Notes under the pieces: generated by a model | Database searches by the model: none | What the model was told of the DNA's origin: nothing | Seen by the model: only the letters and a program-made list of their open reading frames with translations | Made by a program: the position numbers and the translations under genes | Shown: positions 8,360 to 18,010 of the stretch, one piece after another | Numbering within the stretch: the stretch's first letter is position 1 | How the letters are laid out: every line of letters starts with the position of its first letter | Assembly: GCA_027592325.1 (NCBI GenBank) | Contig: JAQCKO010000006.1 | Span: 1 to 59,038 of the forward strand | DNA length: 59,038 nt | From: a bacterium | GTDB lineage: Bacteria > Patescibacteriota > Patescibacteriia > UBA9934 | Reading direction: 5' to 3'

Positions 8360-9127
8360 TTACGACTGCATTTCTACAACTTCTTTCGCGCGCGTAAGAA
8401 TCGCGCAAAACTCGTTTAATTTAACACTTGCCCCACCAACCAACACCCCATCAATATCACGCTCACGAAGTAATTGATACGCATTATCTCCATTCACCGA
8501 ACCTCCGTATAAAATGTGTACGGTTTTCGCAGCACTGACTTCTTTCGCAACTTCTCGTCGAATGTGGGTATGCATGTCAAGAATTTGCTCCAAAGATGCT
8601 GGAGCACCCGTGCCAATTGCCCAAACTGGCTCATAGGCAATGATCACGCGTTTTTTCGATGGGATACGCAAATTTTGCAATGCAACTTGAATTTGCTTTG
8701 AAATATACGCATGCTCTCCTCCCTTTGTACGTACTTCTTTTGGCTCGCCGATACAAAGCACAGGTTGCATGGACGATTTCATCGCACGCTCTAATTTTGC
8801 GCGCACAAGCTCGTTTGTCTCACCAAATAACTGTCTACGCTCAGAATGACCTATGAGCACGTACTCGGTTCGAAGCTCTTCTAACATTCCCGAAGACACT
8901 TCACCAGTGTAAGCCCCCGAGACTTCCGCTGCCATATTTTGAGCACCAAATTTCATCCTAGAGCGCGTCAAAAGCTTGCGAATCTCGCTCAGTGCCGTAA
9001 ACGAAGGAAAAATAACAAGCTCAGGCAAATGCTCCGCACCTCGAATAGAACGCAAAATGCCCCTCGTAAGCGCAATACTTTCGCGCACCCCTAATTCCAT
9101 TTTCCAATTACCAAAGACGTATTTCAT
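8360..9127 (-). CDS. tpiA: Triosephosphate isomerase
   Basis: GNWKM, IGHSERR, AYEPVWAIGTG, LYGGSV, GVLVGGAS. Confidence 0.97.
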   Translation of the reverse strand: MKYVFGNWKMELGVRESIALTRGILRSIRGAEHLPELVIFPSFTALSEIRKLLTRSRMKFGAQNMAAEVSGAYTGEVSSGMLEELRTEYVLIGHSERRQLFGETNELVRAKLERAMKSSMQPVLCIGEPKEVRTKGGEHAYISKQIQVALQNLRIPSKKRVIIAYEPVWAIGTGAPASLEQILDMHTHIRREVAKEVSAAKTVHILYGGSVNGDNAYQLLRERDIDGVLVGGASVKLNEFCAILTRAKEVVEMQS

Positions 9128-9178
9128 ACACAAAAACTCAGGGTTTCTTTCGCTTCTATGATAGCAGAACTTGAACGT

Positions 9179-10441
9179 TTACGGGAGGAGCTTCAAAAAG
9201 TCTTCATCCGTAGCATATGGTCCAATCACTGCATACACCACCTGCCCAGAACGGAAAATAATCTTCGCGACACGGGCAATATCCTCTTTTGACACCGCTT
9301 TATACTCAGAAATCAGCTCGTCTGTCGTTCGCACGTAGCCATAATTTAGTTGATCTTCTGCGTCATCATGTGCGCGAGCTGACGTATCTTCATATGTGAG
9401 TTTCATATCGCCAGCCACGTGATCTTTTGCGGCCTCAAGCTCTTCATCACTAACACCCTCCTCGACTATTTTCTGTACTTCCGCATGAATGGCAGCAAGC
9501 GCTTCTTCCAGCCGCGCCGCATCTAACCCTGCGCGAATTTTCATCATACCGCTATCAGTGTAACTATCTGAACCAGCGCGAATGCTGTAACACAGACCGC
9601 GGCGCTCACGAATTTCGGTAAAGAGTCGTGAACTCATCGTTCCGCCCAAAATGATGCCAAGCAGACGCTGTGTTGGATCATCTTCACTCATATGGCTCAA
9701 GGCAGGAAACCCAATCCCAAGCTGAACCTGTTCAATGTCCTTATAGTCACGTTCTAGTCGAATAGATTCAGCACTCATTTGATGCAGCTCAGCAAGAGTG
9801 GGATTCTTTGCCTTTTGCACGGTTCCGAACGTTGATTCAAGCAATGCATCGGCATGATCTGGAATCGCCCCTACGAGCACGACCGTCATATTATCGGCGC
9901 CATAATAGGCATCGCGATACGCAAGAACATCATCACGATTCATTTCAAGAACCGATTTAGCTGTACCTGCAATATCGAGCCCAAGACGACTTCCCTTATA
10001 CATCGCCTGCTCAAGAAGATCTCCAATATGCATGATTGGATTCTCGGCATACATTTTAATCTCCTCAACAATCACCTTTTTCTCACGTTCCATTTCTTCT
10101 TCATCGAATGTGGAAAAGAAGAGCATGTCATGCAAAAGATCAACTGCCATTCCAATCTGATCACCGGCAATTTTGACGTAGTATCCCGTATATTCCTTCC
10201 CTGTAAACGCATTGTATTGCGCCCCATGACGATCAAGCTTTTTTGAAATATCGAGCGTCGTAGGATGTTTTTCTGTTCCCTTGAACATGAGATGCTCAAT
10301 AAAGTGCGAGCCTCCCCAAACGGCATCATGCTCATGACGCGAGCCAATGCGAAAGAGTACCATGGCAGTTGCCGACTCAGCACCAGGAACGGAAATGAGA
10401 TGGTACGGCAAGCCATTTGAAAGTGTTTTTGGGTTAAGCAT
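9179..10441 (-). CDS. M16 (pitrilysin) family zinc peptidase
   Basis: Inverted zinc motif HFIEHLMFKGT; SSRLFTEIRERRGLCY. Confidence 0.92.
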   Translation of the reverse strand: MLNPKTLSNGLPYHLISVPGAESATAMVLFRIGSRHEHDAVWGGSHFIEHLMFKGTEKHPTTLDISKKLDRHGAQYNAFTGKEYTGYYVKIAGDQIGMAVDLLHDMLFFSTFDEEEMEREKKVIVEEIKMYAENPIMHIGDLLEQAMYKGSRLGLDIAGTAKSVLEMNRDDVLAYRDAYYGADNMTVVLVGAIPDHADALLESTFGTVQKAKNPTLAELHQMSAESIRLERDYKDIEQVQLGIGFPALSHMSEDDPTQRLLGIILGGTMSSRLFTEIRERRGLCYSIRAGSDSYTDSGMMKIRAGLDAARLEEALAAIHAEVQKIVEEGVSDEELEAAKDHVAGDMKLTYEDTSARAHDDAEDQLNYGYVRTTDELISEYKAVSKEDIARVAKIIFRSGQVVYAVIGPYATDEDFLKLLP

Positions 10442-10471
10442 GTGAAGGGTTTACATTTTGTTTGAGTTCGT

Positions 10472-10520
10472 CACACTGGGCTTGTCTGCCGGCGGGCAGT
10501 ATGGCACGGGTTCAGCGTTT
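10472..10520. repeat. REP-like remnant with nested CTGCC..GGCAG hairpin
   Basis: GTCACACTGGGCTTG followed by TCTGCCGGCGGGCAG. Confidence 0.35.
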
Positions 10521-10589
10521 CTCGATTATAATTCGTTCGATCCCGTTTCCGTAGGAATACTGATTTGCAACAAGATATCTGAGTGACTT

Positions 10590-11969
10590 CTACGCTAATT
10601 TCGCTTCAAAATACGATTCGAGTTCATCGATCGCAATGCGTTCTTGCTCCATGGTATCGCGATCGCGAACGGTGACGCATTTATCTTCAAGGGTATCGAA
10701 GTCAACCGTAACACAATACGGTGTTCCAATTTCATCTTGACGCCGGTAGCGTTTTCCGATGGATTGTGTTTCGTCGTAGTCGACGGACCACTTTTGTGAA
10801 AGCGTCTGCCAAATAGGCTCGGCCACGGCTTGTAATTCTTCTTTTTTCGAAAGCGGGAGAATCGCCACCTTATACGGTGCCACTTTTGGATGAAATTTTA
10901 GAACGACGCGTGTTTCACCATCTACTTCTTCTTCGGTATAGGCTTCAGAAAGGAACATGAGCATCGTGCGGCCAACACCAACGGCGGTTTCAACAATATG
11001 CGGAACATATTTTTCTCCACGGACTTGATCATTATATTCGAGCGGCTTTCCAGAATGCTTTGCATGCACCGTCAAATCATAGTCACCACGCGCATGAAGT
11101 CCTTCAAGCTCTTTCCAACCGAATGGATACTGATACTCAATATCATAGGCTTCTTTTGCATAGAAAATGAGATTTTCATGCTCATGATAGCGAAGATTGT
11201 CCGCAGAAATACCCAGGCTTGTATAGTAATCCATACGCTTCTGTTTCCAATCCTCGTATACTGTCTTTGCCTCATCTGGATGGACAAAATATTGCATTTC
11301 CATTTGCTCGAATTCACGCGTACGGAAAATAAATTGCCGAGCCGTCACCTCATTTCGGAATGATTTACCAACCTGCGCAATTCCAAATGGAACCTTTACA
11401 CGCATTGAATCAAGGACATGTTTATAATTCACGTAAATTCCCTGTGCTGTTTCTCCGCGCAAATAGACGGGGTCACTTCCGCTATCAGTAAAGTCTCCCA
11501 GATTTGATTTCACCAAGAGATTAAATTGCTTTACATCACTGAGCTCCCCCATTTTCGGATACTTTTCGCGAATAGCATCAATATTCTCATCTAATAGCGT
11601 CTGCATTTCATCGCGTGTCATTTTTTCATCTGCCTGGACGCCAACTTCTTCAAGTAGATGATCAACACGATATCGCTGATGATTGTCTTTATCCTCAACA
11701 AGCGGATCAGAGAACCCTCCTACATGACCGCTTGCCTCCCATACTTTCGGCGACATGAAAATCGCTGCATCAAGCCCAACAATTTCTCTATGCTCCTGCA
11801 CCGTCGCCTTCCACCAAAGCGTTTTTACATTATTCGCAAGAAGCACGCCAAGTGGTCCGTAGTCATAAACCGCTGCTAAACCGCCATAAATTTCAGAGGA
11901 CGGGAAAACAAAGCCGCGACGTTTCGCAAAAGAAACGATTTTCTTCATGAGATCCTCTGAATTTGCCAT
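10590..11969 (-). CDS. glyQS: Glycine--tRNA ligase (alpha2, class II)
   Basis: LRGETAQG, GKSFRNE, FRTREFEQME, IGKRYRRQDEIGTP. Confidence 0.96.
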   Translation of the reverse strand: MANSEDLMKKIVSFAKRRGFVFPSSEIYGGLAAVYDYGPLGVLLANNVKTLWWKATVQEHREIVGLDAAIFMSPKVWEASGHVGGFSDPLVEDKDNHQRYRVDHLLEEVGVQADEKMTRDEMQTLLDENIDAIREKYPKMGELSDVKQFNLLVKSNLGDFTDSGSDPVYLRGETAQGIYVNYKHVLDSMRVKVPFGIAQVGKSFRNEVTARQFIFRTREFEQMEMQYFVHPDEAKTVYEDWKQKRMDYYTSLGISADNLRYHEHENLIFYAKEAYDIEYQYPFGWKELEGLHARGDYDLTVHAKHSGKPLEYNDQVRGEKYVPHIVETAVGVGRTMLMFLSEAYTEEEVDGETRVVLKFHPKVAPYKVAILPLSKKEELQAVAEPIWQTLSQKWSVDYDETQSIGKRYRRQDEIGTPYCVTVDFDTLEDKCVTVRDRDTMEQERIAIDELESYFEAKLA

Positions 11970-11970
11970 A

Positions 11971-12510
11971 CTAGATCGTTGTAATGCGTTCTTCTTTTTT
12001 CTTTGCAATCTCCTCTACCTCGGCATTCATCTCTTTCACAAGATCGTCGAGCTTTGATTGCGCCCCACGTTGTTCATCTTCCCCACCATCCATGCTGTCG
12101 ATTTGCTTCTTGACATCCTCACGGATTTTGCGAATAGCAATACGCGCATCTTCTTGCTTGGTCTTCACAAGCTTCACCAGCTTTTGCCGAAGTTCATCCG
12201 TCATCATTGGCATAACAAGACGAATAGTCTTCCCAGAAACATTGGGGTTGATTCCAAGGTCTGATTTCATGAGCGCAGATTCAATTGCCTTCACATTCGC
12301 CTGATCCCATGGATCAATTTGAATAGTCTTTGGATCAGGAATTGAAATAGAAGCGACGGTTTTTATTGGCGACATTGCTCCGTACGACTCGACCTGAATA
12401 TTGTCGAGAAGTGCGGGATTTGCTTCTCCGGTGCGAATAGTCGCGAGTTCAGACTTAAAGTGCTCAATCGCCTTTTGAAATTGTGGTTTTGCGTCGTTTA
12501 CTGGTTGCAT
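11971..12510 (-). CDS. frr: Ribosome recycling factor
   Basis: IRTGEANP, VESYG, IDPWD, ARIAIRKIR; start taken at 12510 because the upstream extension is REP sequence. Confidence 0.95.
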   Translation of the reverse strand: MQPVNDAKPQFQKAIEHFKSELATIRTGEANPALLDNIQVESYGAMSPIKTVASISIPDPKTIQIDPWDQANVKAIESALMKSDLGINPNVSGKTIRLVMPMMTDELRQKLVKLVKTKQEDARIAIRKIREDVKKQIDSMDGGEDEQRGAQSKLDDLVKEMNAEVEEIAKKKEERITTI

Positions 12511-12526
12511 ATTGTTCTCATTATTC

Positions 12527-12601
12527 GTCATCCCGGGCTTGATCAGGGATCCATCGTTATTCAATTGTGGTTCGATGGATTCCTCCCTTCGCAGAAATGA
12601 C
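12527..12601. repeat. REP-like doublet GTCATCCC...GGATCC / GGATTCC...AATGAC
   Basis: Inverted termini and internal hairpins; related to 21883, 23040 and 45028. Confidence 0.65.
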
Positions 12602-12642
12602 GAGGATGATCAAATCTTGTCAAAATAAGCTGTTTTCGTCAA

Positions 12643-13710
12643 CTATTCCTCAAGCAATGTTGCAAGCCCAACAATCACCCTTTGATCAAGATCTGGATGA
12701 ATAGTCATGATATTTGCAACGCGCTCCCCCGGAAATTCTTCTGCCTTCCATGCCGCACCGCGTGAATCGGACTGATAAAAGGCATTCGGTGTTGCGTAGG
12801 CAAGCAACTGATCATTATGTGGGTGCACGGCCATCGAAACGACTAGCGTATCGCCCGCCGCCGAAACAAGCGGAAGACGATCCCATGTTGTGCCTGCATC
12901 TCCTGATATGATAATGCCGGATTCAACAAGGGCGAGCATGGTATTTCCATTTGCCGTTTGATCGAAGGCACGTACCTCGCGAATATTATCAATGTCTAAC
13001 TCCTTTCGAAAAATCGTCCAATTCTCCCCTGCATCACTTGTACGATAAAAACTTGATCCATCAGTCCCAACAAGGACAATTCGGCTATCGCTATTTCCTA
13101 CAATGATATCGTTAATCGCTTCAGGAAAAAGAAAGGCAAGTGCCCAAGTTGCCCCACCATCACCTGTTTTAAGCAAATCACCATCAGTTGACCCAAGCCA
13201 AAGCACATCTGGATTAAACCAATCAAGCGACATGGAACGAAGCGTGATATTGGTTTGCGTTTCGGTATACACATCGTCCCATGTACGACCGCAATCGGTG
13301 GTCTTCAAAAGCTCACGCGAAAGAAGCGCGTACACGGTACAAACATCACGCGGGTCAACTTCAATATCAAGTACTGCGCTCTCACGAAGACGAGGATCTT
13401 CTGGCCGCGCCCATGTTTGTGCCGCATCGGTTGAGGTAAACATGCCATTCTCTCGGGTGCCAATATAATACGCGCTTGAGTCTCCGGGATCGAGTTCAAA
13501 ACTCACGACATTCACACCGCCAATCGATCCAGTCCCGCTTGCTTGCGGAAGCACGTTCATACGAAACCAACTCACGCCAGCATCATCGGTATGCCAGACA
13601 CCACCTGACGTATCAGAAACCTTATCTCCTCCAAAAAAGAGGCAGCCCTGACCGGTAGTAGTAAGAAGTATAGAAAGCGCAAGAAAAGAAATAATACGTG
13701 AACGTTTCAT
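12643..13710 (-). CDS. BNR/Asp-box beta-propeller lipoprotein (YCF48/sialidase-like fold)
   Basis: Repeated TxDxGxxW boxes; signal peptide with GQGC. Confidence 0.8.
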   Translation of the reverse strand: MKRSRIISFLALSILLTTTGQGCLFFGGDKVSDTSGGVWHTDDAGVSWFRMNVLPQASGTGSIGGVNVVSFELDPGDSSAYYIGTRENGMFTSTDAAQTWARPEDPRLRESAVLDIEVDPRDVCTVYALLSRELLKTTDCGRTWDDVYTETQTNITLRSMSLDWFNPDVLWLGSTDGDLLKTGDGGATWALAFLFPEAINDIIVGNSDSRIVLVGTDGSSFYRTSDAGENWTIFRKELDIDNIREVRAFDQTANGNTMLALVESGIIISGDAGTTWDRLPLVSAAGDTLVVSMAVHPHNDQLLAYATPNAFYQSDSRGAAWKAEEFPGERVANIMTIHPDLDQRVIVGLATLLEE

Positions 13711-14666
13711 ATTGATGGAGTTATATGGGTGGCGATGCGCTCTAGAACGAGCGATTTTTGTACATTATGTGTGAGAGCTGCTTCCGCTTCAAGCAGCACG
13801 TCTAATATGCCCGCCCAGTCATTTGCTGTATGCAAGCCGGTGTGCGGATATACAGGTTCTGAAATTTTTGCCGCCTCAATTCCAGCCGCTTCGTGCAAAC
13901 AATGACGTGCACTCACCATCCACGACTCAAGATATTCCGCGATATCGGTCTTCGATGCCGAGCGCGCAATTTTTCCTATATCGCCAAATGATTTCGCGAG
14001 TGAACCTGCTGCAAAGGTTTCAAAGAGTTGATCCGCAACAATTGCGCGTGCTTTGTATTCCGCATCTTCAAGCAGACGAAAAGCGATACCAGGGCGACCT
14101 TCAGCACGCTTTGCAATCTGAAGAGCCTTCCCGCGATCTGCCCCCACCGCAACAAGTGCTGTCACGATATTCTCATCTTTCACCCGCGGGATATCGAATG
14201 CAACAACGCGCGAGAGAATCGTTCCGAGAAATTGATCGCGCCGGCGAGCCGTTAAGAAAATGGTCGTTCGTGCGCGGGGTTCTTCGAGGAATTTCAGCAG
14301 GGCATTCTGCGCCTGATGCGTCATGGTATGGGCATCTTCCAATATCAATACGGACTGCTGCCCTTCTGGAACCATGGTCGAAAATGGGAGCCTGAGCGCA
14401 CGAATGGCGTCAGCAGAAATACGCCCACCGGCCCCTTGTGTTTTCTCAATAGGCACCACGTAGTGAAAATGCCGATGCTTCCCTGGACGAGCCATTGCAT
14501 CACCAAGAATTTCCCTCGCGGCCCGCACTGCAAGCGTACGTTTTCCTATTCCAGACGGACCAAAAAGCGCAAACGCGTGACTATGCCCAGCCTTTTGCGC
14601 GCGCAAAAGAACCTTAAACACGTCGTTTTGTCCTATGACTTGCGATTTAATCGGACGAAATGACAT
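13707..14666 (-). CDS. holB: DNA polymerase III delta-prime-like subunit
   Basis: GPSGIGK, AQNALLKFLEEP, TILSR. Confidence 0.85.
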   Translation of the reverse strand: MSFRPIKSQVIGQNDVFKVLLRAQKAGHSHAFALFGPSGIGKRTLAVRAAREILGDAMARPGKHRHFHYVVPIEKTQGAGGRISADAIRALRLPFSTMVPEGQQSVLILEDAHTMTHQAQNALLKFLEEPRARTTIFLTARRRDQFLGTILSRVVAFDIPRVKDENIVTALVAVGADRGKALQIAKRAEGRPGIAFRLLEDAEYKARAIVADQLFETFAAGSLAKSFGDIGKIARSASKTDIAEYLESWMVSARHCLHEAAGIEAAKISEPVYPHTGLHTANDWAGILDVLLEAEAALTHNVQKSLVLERIATHITPSI

Positions 14667-14761
14667 GCGGTTATTATAACAGGTGATCCCAAATACAACG
14701 AATGTACTCAGGAATAATCCTCTATTCGTTCCGTTTATAAATTCGTAACGCTCTTTGCACC

Positions 14762-14790
14762 TTGACAGAACCCCTATTTTCTGATACAGT
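14762..14790 (+). promoter_or_regulatory. Sigma70-type promoter of an antisense mini-unit
   Basis: TTGACA-17-TACAGT; SD GGAGGAGG at 14810-14817. Confidence 0.55.
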
Positions 14791-14825
14791 GTCTGGTCCC
14801 CTCACACCTGGAGGAGGAGAGAGCG

Positions 14826-14975
14826 ATGAGGATGTATTTGCTTGTCGCAAGAAAACTCAAGTGCATACACTTGGCCTTGGCTAACTGCATGCACATACCC
14901 GAGTTTTCTCGCTGTATATGGCCTTGGCCGTCACTGCAGCATTCTGGCTCAGCCGGGCCTCACCTCCAGATTTGA
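14826..14975 (+). CDS. Putative 49-aa small protein
   Basis: ATG 8 nt after a strong SD; MRMYLLVARKLKCIHLALANCMHIPEFSRCIWPWPSLQHSGSAGPHLQI; below the ORF-track cutoff. Confidence 0.35.
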   Translation: MRMYLLVARKLKCIHLALANCMHIPEFSRCIWPWPSLQHSGSAGPHLQI

Positions 14976-15090
14976 AGGGATTTTTTGTTTCACTAATAAA
15001 GGGAAAATCGTTAACGATTCATTACGAACACCCCCTCGTTCTCCCACGTCATTCGGTAAGGAAACGTTGGGGCACTTGTTTTAACGCCAG

Positions 15091-15864
15091 TCACGACGCA
15101 TACTCCTTTGAAAGTCGCTCCGCTTCTTTGAACGCAAGCTCCAAACTTGCGCGCGCTGTATCGGCAATCGATTTCGAGGTTATTTCGACTGCCATAATCC
15201 CACTATCATAAGAAAACGTCGCAAGTCGATTCCCACAAACAGTCATTTCTCCGCGTACATCGAATAAGGTAGGAGATACCGTAATGACATGCATTCCGGG
15301 TGATACAGCATCAACTATTTTCTGATCTGTTACAAGAATAGATCGAATACTTCGATGAGGATTTGCAATAATGTTCTCTCGGTGGTCTTTTGAAAAATCA
15401 TCTCCATATAAATTCATGAATGTGTCAAACCCGACCATTTGTAATATATCGTCATCCAGTTGTTCGTATTCTTGCTGCATTACTCGCACACCTTCTGGAC
15501 CCTCAAATGCACGAACACGTGGGCGATCAAGGGTTTCAGAAAACAAAAGAGACAGCGCGGGAATGACTGACTCCGCATAGGCAACACGTCGACGCAATTC
15601 TTCGTGCTCGCCTTGCAGCATACGCAAAATCAACTCAGGACTTCCAGGAAAATACCGTCGCACTTCACCAATATGTTCGTAGCAAGAAATGAGCTCACGC
15701 GCCGTCAGGTTTGAAAGAATCGAATACACAGTCCCTCGCGGCATACCCAACACATCCGCGAGTTCCTGCGCCGTAGCACTTCCTTTTTTTAATAACGCAA
15801 GATAAATACACGCATCCTTTTCACTAAACCCGAGTGCGATTAAATGCTCAACCGATGTCTCCAT
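15091..15864 (-). CDS. TrmB-family transcriptional regulator
   Basis: N-terminal wHTH (LGFSEKDACIYLALLKKGSATAQELA...RGTVY), FEGPEGV. Confidence 0.85.
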   Translation of the reverse strand: METSVEHLIALGFSEKDACIYLALLKKGSATAQELADVLGMPRGTVYSILSNLTARELISCYEHIGEVRRYFPGSPELILRMLQGEHEELRRRVAYAESVIPALSLLFSETLDRPRVRAFEGPEGVRVMQQEYEQLDDDILQMVGFDTFMNLYGDDFSKDHRENIIANPHRSIRSILVTDQKIVDAVSPGMHVITVSPTLFDVRGEMTVCGNRLATFSYDSGIMAVEITSKSIADTARASLELAFKEAERLSKEYAS

Positions 15865-16990
15865 ACGTAAGCTGCGTTAATAGATCGAAGGTTGCGCTTG
15901 CTGTTCTGTCCCAGTCATATTGCTGCAATCGTTTTCTCCCATGCTCTACAAGCTCAGCGGCCTTCGCCTTATGTTCGTCAAGGACTTCAAATGCATGCAG
16001 TATACCCTCTATACGTTCTGGATCAAAATAGATCGCTGCATTTCCTGCCACTTCACGAATAGCTGGAATAGAGGACGCAATAAGCGGAATCCCAGCCGCC
16101 ATGGCTTCAAGCGAAGGAATGCCAAACCCTTCGTACACACTCGGAAATACATATGCCTTGGCTCCGCACATAAGCGCCTCTACATCGGCGTCAGGAACGT
16201 ATCCTAGAAAACAAATATCATCTTTACATTTCGCTGCCGATGCAATTGATACAATCTCGTCATAGCCGTATCCTGGGCTCCCGGCAATGATTAACTTCAC
16301 ATTGTTTGATGTGCGACGCTTATACGCGATAAATGCCTCAACAAGTCGCTGTATATTTTTCTTTTTCTCAACACGGCCAACCGTAAAAAAATACTGTCCT
16401 TTTTTTACATCGTACTGCCGCATAGCTGATGTTACTGTTTCTTCTGGAAGACAAAAACGCGAAGCATCGACGGCAAGCGGGATTACCTGTACACGCTCAT
16501 GAGAGATGCTATAATGCTTCATCAAATCCGCTTGTGTTGAAAATGAAACGGTTATGATTTTCTTCGCACATCTGAGTGCACGCCTAATCGCCCATTTTTG
16601 ACGCAAACGCCCCAAGAAGGTGTAAACATCTGGATGTTCAATGAATGCAATATCATGAATGGTGGAAACGACCTGCGTTTGTTTTGCAACTTTTAGCGGA
16701 ATTTCATGGGCTGGAGAAAAAAAGACGTGCGGCGGATGATTCATGAGTTCGATGGCAAGCGCCCCATGTGTCCATCCTTTTTTTGGAAGCCATGTTAATT
16801 TTTTCAGCTGAATGTAATCTGGAAGCTGAATCGTATTCGATAAATCGTGCGCCGAATATAGTCGATACGTCACTCCCTCTTTTTTTGGTTGCTTAGCAAG
16901 CCATTCAATAAGACGAAAAACATACCGCTCTATTCCTGTAACCCTTCCTCGTGTCAGACAATTTACGTCAATCCCTATCACTTTTTCCAT
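15848..16990 (-). CDS. Glycosyltransferase family 4
   Basis: TIHDIAF, VGRVEKKKN, PSVYEGFGIPSLEAM. Confidence 0.93.
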   Translation of the reverse strand: MEKVIGIDVNCLTRGRVTGIERYVFRLIEWLAKQPKKEGVTYRLYSAHDLSNTIQLPDYIQLKKLTWLPKKGWTHGALAIELMNHPPHVFFSPAHEIPLKVAKQTQVVSTIHDIAFIEHPDVYTFLGRLRQKWAIRRALRCAKKIITVSFSTQADLMKHYSISHERVQVIPLAVDASRFCLPEETVTSAMRQYDVKKGQYFFTVGRVEKKKNIQRLVEAFIAYKRRTSNNVKLIIAGSPGYGYDEIVSIASAAKCKDDICFLGYVPDADVEALMCGAKAYVFPSVYEGFGIPSLEAMAAGIPLIASSIPAIREVAGNAAIYFDPERIEGILHAFEVLDEHKAKAAELVEHGRKRLQQYDWDRTASATFDLLTQLTYGDIG

Positions 16991-16991
16991 A

Positions 16992-17999
16992 TCACTCGCT
17001 AAAGACACTACGCTTATATGCGTCAAGGTTATCGAGGGCAATACCCGTTCCACGCGCTACCGCCATTTGCGGCTCTTCCGCAACATACGTCGGCACGCCT
17101 GTAGCTTCTGCAAATAATCGATCTAGATTTCGCAACTGGCTTGTCCCACCAGAAATCACGATTCCCTTATCCATGACATCGGCAGATAACTCAGGAGGTG
17201 TCTGATTGAGCACTTCTTTCATCGCATTCAAAATCCCTTCAAGAAGCGGTTGGATTGCTTCGGTCACATCATCAGAACTCACTTCTACCGTTTTTGGAAG
17301 ACCGCTCATCATATCACGACCTTTTACGTCCATTGTCAAACGATTCTCTAAATAGAGTGCTGACCCAACAGAAATCTTCACATCTTCTGCTGTTCTTTCC
17401 CCTATTGCTAGATTGTACTTTCGACGAATATGTTCAATGATGGCTTTATCGAATTTCACTCCGCCAATACGAACGGAATCCGAGGCCACAATTCCCCCAA
17501 GGGCAATGACGGCGATTTCGGTTGTTCCGCCTCCCATTTCGACAATCATATGTCCTGATGGACTCCCAATCGGGATATTTGCCCCAATCGCAGCAACAAG
17601 CGGCTGCTTGATGATATACGCCGATCGTGCACCTGCCGAAAGCGTCGCATCGATAACAGCACGACGCTCGGTTGAGGTAATGCCCCCTGGAACCGCAATC
17701 ATCACCTCGGGACGAAACAAGCGCATTCCACCCATGGCTTTATTAATAAAATAGCGAAGCATGGCTTCGGTTGTACGATAATCGGCAATCACTCCATCTT
17801 TGAGCGGACGATGTGCAATAATCGTGTCAGGGGTACGACCAAGCATATCCTTTGCCTCTTTACCAACAGCAAGGACCGTTTTATCAATGCGCGAAATCGC
17901 CACAACGGAAGGTTCGTTGATAATAATTCCGCGTTTTGGCAAATACACCAAAATACTCGTCGTCCCAAGATCGATGCCGATTTTTTTCGATAGCGCCAT
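16992..17999 (-). CDS. mreB: Rod shape-determining protein MreB/Mbl
   Basis: IGIDLGT, RPLKDGVIAD, GGGTTEIA, GIVISGG. Confidence 0.95.
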   Translation of the reverse strand: MALSKKIGIDLGTTSILVYLPKRGIIINEPSVVAISRIDKTVLAVGKEAKDMLGRTPDTIIAHRPLKDGVIADYRTTEAMLRYFINKAMGGMRLFRPEVMIAVPGGITSTERRAVIDATLSAGARSAYIIKQPLVAAIGANIPIGSPSGHMIVEMGGGTTEIAVIALGGIVASDSVRIGGVKFDKAIIEHIRRKYNLAIGERTAEDVKISVGSALYLENRLTMDVKGRDMMSGLPKTVEVSSDDVTEAIQPLLEGILNAMKEVLNQTPPELSADVMDKGIVISGGTSQLRNLDRLFAEATGVPTYVAEEPQMAVARGTGIALDNLDAYKRSVFSE

Positions 18000-18010
18000 A
18001 ACGGGAAGGA

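Noticed and set aside
12510-12564. N-terminal extension of Frr
   Set aside because: It is derived from a REP element; ATG 12510 gives a normal-length protein.
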